A stretch of 44,287 nt of DNA from a virus, in IMG/VR virus record IMGVR_UViG_3300037467_000513; one strand, written 5' to 3'. Shown piece by piece: positions 37,520-44,287 of the stretch. Both the position numbers and the translations under genes were made by a program. The notes beneath the pieces were generated by a model. That model searched no databases. It was not told the origin of the DNA and saw only the letters and a list, made by a program, of their open reading frames with translations. Numbering within the stretch: position 1 is the stretch's first letter; each line of letters begins with the position of its first letter.

Positions 37520-40012
37520 CTACTGCAACACTTCAGCGAAACATGCGCCCGCGACTGACGCAACAGACCCGGTTCCTGTTTTGCATTCGATGTCTCCACC
37601 GGCCTTATACGCGCACCACATCCCCTCATTCGCGAGGAAGGCCGCCGAATAGACCTCATCAGGAGACGGCCTAACCTTAGCGTGCGGCGCAACGCCGCCG
37701 TGGGTTACGGTGAACGTTCCGGCAGAAGTGCTGAGATTGAACGGCACCACCAGTGACTTACTAGTCCATTTATTGCCAACCGTCATGATGTCGTTCGCGT
37801 TGAACGATGCATGGTTGCGAATGCCAACATTCGTTGCGCCAACGCAAGAGTTGTTTCGGAATACCGAGCCGGTTGGCTCGTTGCCGCCGCCCGAGTACGA
37901 CAGGAAGTACGTGCCGGGGTTCTCGCCTGTGTTGTTCTCGACAATGTTGCGCGCGCCGGCTTGGATATGGATTGCAATCGACGTGCAGTTATTCAAGTCG
38001 TTGCCGTCGATCACGGTAGAAATATTCCGGGTGGCGCGCACTCCGTTGCCGCACGCATAAAGGGTGTTGTCCTTGACCGCGCATTTGTACGCAACGCGCG
38101 GCGATTGCGCGACCACATCGACCGCGTATTCGACCTCCGCTGTCGTATCGCCCCAACCAACCAAGGTGTTGCCGGACACTTCGCACAAAGATAGGTCCAT
38201 GAGCGTGTTTGACAGCACGCGGACGCCAAATCGGCGCTCGACGGAACTGCCATCGCGCGAGATATAGTTGCCCGTTACCTTGTTGCCGTCGATGCCACCC
38301 GTATAGCTGTCAGAAAAGTGTTGAACGTTCACGCCGCTGGACCGGCAATCCTTGAACTCGTTACCAAAGACGTGATTGCGCGCGCCATCCAAAACCTGCA
38401 TTCCAGAGCGACACCCGAAAGTGAGATTCCCATAGGCGCGGCAGTCGCTGCCCCAAATTCGGATTGCCTCAGTGTGGGTATCGACGCTTGACGTTCCGCT
38501 TCCGTAGACCGTATTTCCGGCGATCACTTGCTTGTCGCCGTACCCGTAAAGCAGTTTCTCATACGGGTAATAGGCGATGCAGTGCAGCGTCTTGTTGCCG
38601 TTCGAATTGCCATAGACGCCAGATGGGAAGATGCAGTTGATGAAGCGGCCGTTAAATTCATCCTTGGTGAAATGAATTTTGCTGAACGTGTGATCACCGC
38701 CTCCGCTCGCGACAATGCCGAAATGAGCGGAGCCGAGATAAGACGGATTCGCGTCTGTGTAATTCGGTGGAATGAAGCTCATCTGGAACGAAGTCGGACC
38801 ACCCGACATTTCGCATTTGCTGATGATGGCGCGGTTGCAGGCCGCCAACATGATAGCTGTTTGGGGCGGCCTAAGAGAGCGGATACCGCGAAAGCGGAAG
38901 TTGTTCACGCTGTCTGCAAACACAAGGCCCGGCATGTTAAGCGTAGTCGAGCCGCCGACACTGAACGCTCCATCGCCTTCTATCGTCCCCGTTCCTTCGA
39001 AAACGACGCTATGGGCCGTAACATTGAAGATAAAAGCGGGGTTGGCTTCGTAGGCCGAATAGTTGGCTTTCAAACTGCCGTCGATCTGTACGGTCATCTT
39101 GCGATCAATTTTAATCGCGTCACTCAATCCGCCCGTCGTATCGACGATGACAGACGCGCCAAAATCAGGAACGATGAACCGGCCATTCGTCGCCGTGCGA
39201 GCCGCGACCGCTTTCAGAATAGTTTTGTTCTGCGCCGCCGTGTTACTGGGGCTCAGGCCAAAGGCAGCGGCATTGATAATCTTGTTCTGAATACCGTAGT
39301 TAACAGTGGTCACGCCATCCGACAACGTGATGGTAAGATCGGCCCCCGCGTCCTTGATGTACTTTGCGCCAGAGTTGGGGACTTGGTTCGTGTCGTAAAA
39401 CGCCGTCTTGATCCACTTCGGCGCGGCGGCCGGACTGTAAGCCTGTGCCAGCGCGAACGTATCGAAGATCGGGATCGGGCCGCCGCCGCCGGGGATTGCG
39501 GTATAAGCAAGATCGGCAGCGGTCCCCATTGATGTCAGCATGGTCCCTGACGGACCGGGACCGAGAATCGACCACCCGGCCGCCTTGCGCGTGATAATCG
39601 AGCCCTGTGTGCTGCCAATGACAGCGTCGAGGATAGATGACAAGTTTGTGGGTGCCGGCGCGGCTGATCCGCCTGACACGTTGGCAAGGATAGTCTGATT
39701 GGCAATAGCCGATAGATCACCCGCCGCGATTGCCTGCGAGCCGCCGAGTGCTACTGTGTGCCCGGCAATCGTCACACTCGAATTAGCCAGCGCGCTGTTT
39801 GGAATGTTGCTGAGCGTATTCGACGCGCCGCTGATCGTCTTGTTCGTGAGGGTTTCGACGCCGGCCAACGACGCCGCGCCAATATCTTCTGGCTTCACGA
39901 TGTTTGTAGTCTTGACTTTCTTCACGCCATCGGCGGCGCTGTCTGTCAGCAGAAAATAATCCGCTCCCGGAACGGCGGCCTCGGTGAGGTCCTTAACTCG
40001 AATATCGGCCAT
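37520..40012 (-). CDS. Tailspike/fibre with predicted right-handed beta-helix region
   Basis: 830 aa. The central and C-terminal parts are rich in short repeats with N/G/C/V/I (NNCTSIAIHIQAGARNIVENN, CRSSGVNVQH), typical of parallel beta-helix depolymerase-like spikes. The N-terminus is adaptor-like. Confidence 0.6.
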   Translation of the reverse strand: MADIRVKDLTEAAVPGADYFLLTDSAADGVKKVKTTNIVKPEDIGAASLAGVETLTNKTISGASNTLSNIPNSALANSSVTIAGHTVALGGSQAIAAGDLSAIANQTILANVSGGSAAPAPTNLSSILDAVIGSTQGSIITRKAAGWSILGPGPSGTMLTSMGTAADLAYTAIPGGGGPIPIFDTFALAQAYSPAAAPKWIKTAFYDTNQVPNSGAKYIKDAGADLTITLSDGVTTVNYGIQNKIINAAAFGLSPSNTAAQNKTILKAVAARTATNGRFIVPDFGASVIVDTTGGLSDAIKIDRKMTVQIDGSLKANYSAYEANPAFIFNVTAHSVVFEGTGTIEGDGAFSVGGSTTLNMPGLVFADSVNNFRFRGIRSLRPPQTAIMLAACNRAIISKCEMSGGPTSFQMSFIPPNYTDANPSYLGSAHFGIVASGGGDHTFSKIHFTKDEFNGRFINCIFPSGVYGNSNGNKTLHCIAYYPYEKLLYGYGDKQVIAGNTVYGSGTSSVDTHTEAIRIWGSDCRAYGNLTFGCRSGMQVLDGARNHVFGNEFKDCRSSGVNVQHFSDSYTGGIDGNKVTGNYISRDGSSVERRFGVRVLSNTLMDLSLCEVSGNTLVGWGDTTAEVEYAVDVVAQSPRVAYKCAVKDNTLYACGNGVRATRNISTVIDGNDLNNCTSIAIHIQAGARNIVENNTGENPGTYFLSYSGGGNEPTGSVFRNNSCVGATNVGIRNHASFNANDIMTVGNKWTSKSLVVPFNLSTSAGTFTVTHGGVAPHAKVRPSPDEVYSAAFLANEGMWCAYKAGGDIECKTGTGSVASVAGACFAEVLQ

Positions 40013-40015
40013 AAA

Positions 40016-40882
40016 TTAAGCCCCCGCGTAGAGTAGGAAATTGCAAACCATCGTCGGCTGGGCGAGCGAGATGGCATCGCCGCTGCCAAGATTGGAAATC
40101 GTGCCGGTCGGCGTTGTGATGCCGGTCGATGTGATCGATCCGTAACTAGAAGGCGTGTTGAAGAAGAACGAACCGCCGCCGCTACTGTTGGTGACGTTGC
40201 CAATCGCGATATCGCCGCGTGTCGAGCTAACCGTGACAACGACCGGGTCGCCTGTGAAAGTCGGGCGCACGGCGGGAAGCTGGCCTTGCGTGAGGAGAAA
40301 CGACTGCGCCCCGCCGGCAGCACCAAGCGTTAAGCCATCAACACCGCCTGATGTGGCGAGCCGCCCAGCAGCCGTGCCACCCATGTTGTCTTTGCCGGCG
40401 ACTACGCGACCGCGCATGTCACCGATGCCGAATGTCGTCGAGCCGTTGCCGTTGTTATAGAAGGTGTTGCCCGCCGCGATATCGGTTTGCGCCCTCGACC
40501 ACAGTTCGGGATACGACGCGCGCAAGAGTGTCTGACCGTAAGGCAGAACCGTCAGCGGCTCGGGGGTCAGGAAGGTGTACGGGATTAGTTCACCGATGTA
40601 GCGGAGCCCTGTAGCACCTCCGACGAAATTCACTTTCCCATTAGCAAAATGAATGCCGACGTTGGGATTCCCGTTCGGGAAGATCGCCGGACTAGATGCT
40701 GACCCGGTTATGGTTTTCAGCGGTCCGCCCATCGGGGCCGACCCATCGCGCGGCAGGCTCCCCGTCATGGCAGACGCCAAATCTTCAAGCGGCGGATTGT
40801 GCTGGCTGGCGAGGATCGTCTCGCCGGGCGTGGCTTTGTAATTGGATGGCAATGAGTAATTGCCGTTTGAATCTCTTGCCAT
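40016..40882 (-). CDS. Tail fibre protein with phage tail-collar domain
   Basis: 288 aa. ...IGELIPYTFLTPEPLTVLPYGQTLLRASYPELWSR...GNGSTTFGIGDMRGRVVAG... matches the Collar domain pattern. Confidence 0.75.
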   Translation of the reverse strand: MARDSNGNYSLPSNYKATPGETILASQHNPPLEDLASAMTGSLPRDGSAPMGGPLKTITGSASSPAIFPNGNPNVGIHFANGKVNFVGGATGLRYIGELIPYTFLTPEPLTVLPYGQTLLRASYPELWSRAQTDIAAGNTFYNNGNGSTTFGIGDMRGRVVAGKDNMGGTAAGRLATSGGVDGLTLGAAGGAQSFLLTQGQLPAVRPTFTGDPVVVTVSSTRGDIAIGNVTNSSGGGSFFFNTPSSYGSITSTGITTPTGTISNLGSGDAISLAQPTMVCNFLLYAGA

Positions 40883-40892
40883 TCATGGCCTC

Positions 40893-40921
40893 AAATAGAA
40901 AAAGCCGCCCGGAGGCGGCTT
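40893..40921 (-). terminator. Intrinsic terminator-like hairpin inside the late operon
   Basis: Minus strand reads AAGCCGCC-tccg-GGCGGCTT followed by TTTCTATTT. Lies between the 470-aa gene and the tail-fibre gene. Confidence 0.65.
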
Positions 40922-40946
40922 GGATGGAATGGTGTGTTGGGTGCTT

Positions 40947-42359
40947 CTATTGTCTCGGCTGCGCGATGCCGGCGGCTACAAGGAGCCGCGCAATTGTGTC
41001 TCGTGTGGCAAGTTTTTCAGCCTCCATCGGAGATGCGGCTAATCGTTCCTGATAAAGCGGCGAGCGCTTCCGCAGCAGTTCGTCAACACTTTTCACGCTG
41101 CGTTTGGCAAGCATATTGGCAATGGATTTTGCGCCAGCGCCTGCGGCGATTGGAACGCCAGCGCCGATCACCGCGCCCGGCGCGCCACCAAACATTGCGC
41201 CAACCCCAGCGCCTAGTGACCCGGTGAATGCCTGTCCAAACCCGCCGCCGCCGCCAAGGACGTTGCCGATATATCGTGCGGTGTTGCGCGCGCGGCTGCC
41301 GCCCATGCTTTCATTCAGGGCGGCTATCTCAGCATCCGAAAGGCCGGAAACCTCTTTCGGCTTTTCTAGGAGCGATGCAATTTTTTGCCGGAGCGTGTTG
41401 TCAAGATTTCTGCCGGAATTTGCGGCTTGTGCTCTAGCTTCCGCACGCTCGACGATACCGGTGTTAGCTCGATCAAGGACCCCTGTGATGTCGTTGGAGC
41501 GCATCGCGGCGGCGTAGTTGCCTCGCCCGCGCTCGAATAGTTGCGCCGTGGCGGCAGGGGCTCCAGCCACAACACTCTCCGAATCGATCGATGGAAGGAA
41601 CTTATCAAGTCCTCCAATAGATCGAGAAGCAGCCAACTGATCTTTGGCCGCGTTCGGGTTAAAGTTTTGTGCCGTATGCCCGAGGGATTCGCGGAGGGAT
41701 TGGAGATTGGATGCCGTGACGAACGAACCGGCAGGTGCGGCTTCGAGTTCTTTGAGCTTGGCGTAGGTAGCTGGCGCATCAACGGGGTGAATGCCTTTTT
41801 CGAAAAGGTCCTGCTGCGCCTGCCGGCTCCAATTCGCCAGCGAGTCCGACGTGACTTCCAGACCGGAATTGCGCGCCGCAGTGATATCAGCTTTGCCCGC
41901 CGCCGCCAATTCCTCCGTTGTCGGCACGATCGGCTTTTCACGGGTCAACGCCTTGGCAACACCAGGGATGGCCCGATCACCCGCGCGAATGGCAGGATTA
42001 ACCGGGGTTGCCAGCCCAGCTAGTTCGAGGGAGCGGTTGATCACCTCCGGGTTGGTATGCCCATCCGGCCCAATAACAGAGGTTTTGCCAGTATAAACGT
42101 CACCCGGCAGCGTAACCGCACTCCCTGCCCCGGTGATCGCCCGCTTGACCATGCCGACGATGCCAGCATTGCTATCGAACGACACGTTTCCTTGAGCATC
42201 GCGGCTCATCGGCAGGATCTTCCCGCTATAGGCAGGCGGGGCTACTGGCTGCGGAGTTTGTCCGGCGAGCACAAAACCGGGCGGCAAGTCGCTGGTAGCC
42301 TGCGGCTGGCCTTCTAGGACAAAGCCGGGAGGAAGATCGCTCATGTCACCGGCACCCAT
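40947..42359 (-). CDS. Internal virion/ejection protein candidate
   Basis: 470 aa. N-terminal tandem peptide repeat SDLPPGFVLEGQ/SDLPPGFVLAGQ. Gly-rich hydrophobic segment near the C-terminus (GGGGGFGQAFTGSLGAGVGAMFGGAPGAVIGAGVPIAAGAGA). Confidence 0.5.
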   Translation of the reverse strand: MGAGDMSDLPPGFVLEGQPQATSDLPPGFVLAGQTPQPVAPPAYSGKILPMSRDAQGNVSFDSNAGIVGMVKRAITGAGSAVTLPGDVYTGKTSVIGPDGHTNPEVINRSLELAGLATPVNPAIRAGDRAIPGVAKALTREKPIVPTTEELAAAGKADITAARNSGLEVTSDSLANWSRQAQQDLFEKGIHPVDAPATYAKLKELEAAPAGSFVTASNLQSLRESLGHTAQNFNPNAAKDQLAASRSIGGLDKFLPSIDSESVVAGAPAATAQLFERGRGNYAAAMRSNDITGVLDRANTGIVERAEARAQAANSGRNLDNTLRQKIASLLEKPKEVSGLSDAEIAALNESMGGSRARNTARYIGNVLGGGGGFGQAFTGSLGAGVGAMFGGAPGAVIGAGVPIAAGAGAKSIANMLAKRSVKSVDELLRKRSPLYQERLAASPMEAEKLATRDTIARLLVAAGIAQPRQ

Positions 42360-44239
42360 TGCCCGTTCTGCCGCACACGGCGCTCGCCGGTCTGCGGATT
42401 GACGATGATTGCACCATCCTGAATGCCACCTTGCGCGGGCGGTGTGGCTGCGGCGGCTGGCGGCGCGGCTTCCGGCACGGTCACGCTAAACAATGCGCGT
42501 TCCCGGCGGTTTTTCTCAGGATCAGGATAGACCGCGTCAAGCTGCTGCTGGTGGAGTTTCAGCCGAGCCATGCCCGCCGTTTCCATGATGCCGAGCAACC
42601 GATTGATCGAGCCTGCATCCAACTTGATCGAACCGCCTGCCGCTTTTTCAGCGAATTCACGATCCGAGTTCGAGATTTGGTTCGTGCCAACCGTCGATTT
42701 CAGCATGGCCGCGACTTGCGGCGCAATGGCCGCACGGAAGGTTTCCGTGTTCTGAATCGCGGCCGGATCAGCAACGCCAAGGAATGACCCAAGCTTTTGC
42801 AGCGTCAACCGTTCATCCGCGCCAAATCCGGTGATCGCCCCGCCCGGCCCCTGCAATGCCTGCTTTGCATTCCGCAGTGCCACAAGGCCGGTTGCCGCCG
42901 CACGGGCTTCCTTGGTGTTTTCTGCGAACGTGTCGAAGATTTGTTTATCAGAGCCGCCGCCGATGTTGTTGTTGACCGTCGTGGCTCCGGCCCGCGCCCT
43001 AGCGGTAGACCACGTTGCATAGTCCATGGGGGCAGATTGTCCATCAGTCGGCGTGAAGTGACCGCGATAGTATTCATATTCTTGAACGCTCGTCGGAGCG
43101 TCCGATTTCCGCAAATTCTTCTGAGCCTGCTCAATCTGCGCGCGGCGCATCGGGTCATTCGCCTGCTGCTGCTGTTCAAGCAACTGCTTATACTCGGTCA
43201 TCACTGCCGTCTGCTGCGCCTTGTTGAAAAAGGCAAAGCGCGGGTCACCCATGACCTGCTGTAGTTGCTGCAAGCGCGGATTGGTCTGCGGCTGTGTCGC
43301 GGCCTGCACCGCCTGAGCCGTAGGCAGGACGCCGCCAGTCGGCTGTGCATTCGGCGGGAGCGCCGCCCCGCTATCATCCGCCTTGGGCGCGGCCGGACCA
43401 CCAGCGACCGCCGTAGGAGCTCCTACAGGACCGGCGGGATATTGCGCATTATCGAGAGGTGACGGTGAGTTGTCCGCCAGAACGCCACCCTGCGGCGCCG
43501 GTAGTTTCTGCGCAATGCTAAGCACCTTCTGACCGTAGTTCGGATCAGTGGCATAGCCTGATTGGCCCAAAGCTGCGGCTTGCGCTTCAAGCCCCCGTGC
43601 AGCCTTCAATGGCGCATAGCGCGGGTTTTTGTTGATGAAGTCCGCATATCCATTGGCGCTATCGGCTGGTGACGCATAGGCCGCGAAACTGTCGGTCGTT
43701 CGGACCGGCTGACCGTTCACGACTTCGGTTGTCGGAAGAACATTACCGCCCGGTTGCCCGTGAGACTTGATACCGAATAGATTATTTCCGGGAGCGGATT
43801 TGCCATAGCCGGTTTCAAGTGCGGCCTGAGCCACAATCAAGCGAGGGTCAATCCCCGTCTTCTCGGACGCCGCCTGTGCCAGCGGCATCACGGCGCTCGT
43901 AAACTCTTGGCCCCCGGCTGGAATGCTTGTGTCGCCCATTGGGGTCGATACGCTCGGCGTTGCCGGTGCGGCGGCCGGTGCAGCAACAGATGGCGTGTCA
44001 GGATAGGCCGACGAATAAAGTTCCCTGCCCCCCTTGAGCCCGGCCTGTAGCGCCGAGTCGGCGTCGCCCATCATCGATCGCGCAATCAGCGCTTGCCCGA
44101 TGGCGTTCAAGCCCTCGCCAACGTTCTGCGGTGCCTTGCTAAACGTCCGCGCGGCCATCGAGGCGGCAATCTCGCGCTTCTTGGCAACGGATTCCGGCGT
44201 CTCGCCGACCGCTGTATCGATGGCAAAGGACAACGCCAT
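42341..44239 (-). CDS. Internal virion protein with FlgJ-type N-acetylglucosaminidase (peptidoglycan hydrolase) domain
   Basis: 632 aa. ...GIDPRLIVAQAALETGYGKSAPGNNLFGIKSHG...GYATDPNYGQKV... is a glucosaminidase signature. The first 79 nt of the gene are also present at 1..79 because of the terminal repeat. Confidence 0.8.
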   Translation of the reverse strand: MALSFAIDTAVGETPESVAKKREIAASMAARTFSKAPQNVGEGLNAIGQALIARSMMGDADSALQAGLKGGRELYSSAYPDTPSVAAPAAAPATPSVSTPMGDTSIPAGGQEFTSAVMPLAQAASEKTGIDPRLIVAQAALETGYGKSAPGNNLFGIKSHGQPGGNVLPTTEVVNGQPVRTTDSFAAYASPADSANGYADFINKNPRYAPLKAARGLEAQAAALGQSGYATDPNYGQKVLSIAQKLPAPQGGVLADNSPSPLDNAQYPAGPVGAPTAVAGGPAAPKADDSGAALPPNAQPTGGVLPTAQAVQAATQPQTNPRLQQLQQVMGDPRFAFFNKAQQTAVMTEYKQLLEQQQQANDPMRRAQIEQAQKNLRKSDAPTSVQEYEYYRGHFTPTDGQSAPMDYATWSTARARAGATTVNNNIGGGSDKQIFDTFAENTKEARAAATGLVALRNAKQALQGPGGAITGFGADERLTLQKLGSFLGVADPAAIQNTETFRAAIAPQVAAMLKSTVGTNQISNSDREFAEKAAGGSIKLDAGSINRLLGIMETAGMARLKLHQQQLDAVYPDPEKNRRERALFSVTVPEAAPPAAAATPPAQGGIQDGAIIVNPQTGERRVRQNGQWVPVT

Positions 44240-44287
44240 TTATGCGGCCTCCAATGCGCGGGCATAATCGACGGCTTGATAGCCATT
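44161..44287. repeat. Terminal direct repeat, copy 2 (identical to 1..127)
   Basis: Read directly. See copy 1. Confidence 0.97.

Larger units (their letters stand above)
1..44160. mobile_element. Complete temperate phage genome (one circular assembly unit)
   Basis: Exact 127-bp terminal overlap. Full set of phage modules present: integrase/xis, immunity switch, replication/recombination, terminase, portal, capsid, tail, lysis. No obvious host housekeeping genes. Confidence 0.85.

Noticed and set aside
37169-37529. Short inverted match GTTGCAG(CAG)TAG (about 37169..37181) and CTACTGCAAC (37520..37529) flanking the moron, which might suggest an insertion-element boundary.
   Set aside because: It is only 10 bp with a 3-bp interruption. 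The right copy is simply the last codons and stop of the tailspike gene. There is no transposase and no target-site duplication.
1-44287. Search for CRISPR arrays, rRNA, large tandem repeats or transposase genes.
   Set aside because: Reading both strands, I found no regularly spaced direct repeats with unique spacers, no rRNA-like segments and no transposase-like ORF.

Overview
The window is one complete, circularly assembled genome of a temperate, podovirus-like phage or excised prophage. It has a T7-type structural gene order, and I recognised no sheath or tape-measure genes. Bases 1..127 recur exactly at 44161..44287, so the unit length is 44,160 bp. On the minus strand the gene at 42341..44239 is therefore followed directly by the gene at 80..1078. 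GC is roughly 60 percent by eye (not computed). GapR/DUF2312, a DUF736-like protein, a DnaA-domain-IV-like protein and a GTA-type holin-like protein suggest an alphaproteobacterial (Hyphomicrobiales/Rhizobiales-like) host; this is inference. Layout: (i) A lambdoid immunity switch at 22.47-22.56 kb, with divergent Cro-like (minus) and CI-like (plus) genes and 14-bp palindromic operators. (ii) A leftward early operon from 22.47 to 13.3 kb. It encodes regulators, two T5orf172/GIY-YIG-like proteins, a DnaA-C-like protein, RusA, a recombination module with NinB and an SSB-tip protein, HNH, GapR, and a replication initiator containing an iteron/T-rich putative origin. (iii) A ~250-nt structured spacer plus intrinsic terminator at 13.0-13.3 kb. 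The late operon then runs from 13.0 kb to 80 and, across the junction, from 44.2 to 34.8 kb. It encodes terS, terL, portal, scaffold, capsid, tail-tubular-like proteins, a GNAT, an S74-domain fibre, a glucosaminidase-containing ejection protein, a tail-collar fibre, a beta-helix tailspike, a GH24 endolysin, spanin-like and holin-like proteins, and extra membrane proteins. (iv) Rightward, the CI-like repressor is followed by an AT-rich two-gene cassette and a terminator, which is the rexAB-equivalent position. A second operator cluster sits at 24.08-24.13 kb. It precedes a PL-type operon of about 18 small genes (C5-MTase-fold protein, DnaJ-type zinc finger, Lar-like domain) that ends in xis-like and tyrosine integrase genes. 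(v) A putative attP at 32.0-32.2 kb is followed by a cargo block (DUF5131/Gp37-Gp68, SLOG/YspA, small ORFs). No tRNA, rRNA or CRISPR array was recognised. The best candidate for an undescribed system is the repressor-linked cassette at 23.07-24.0 kb: a 68-aa ORF plus a 204-aa ORF carrying a HEPN-type R-x4-6-H motif. Secondary candidates are the DUF5131 / Cys-rich / SLOG block, the DUF736-like protein with an SSB-type C-terminal IPF tip, and the membrane-protein tail of the lysis cassette. All family assignments are from motif recall, not from searches.
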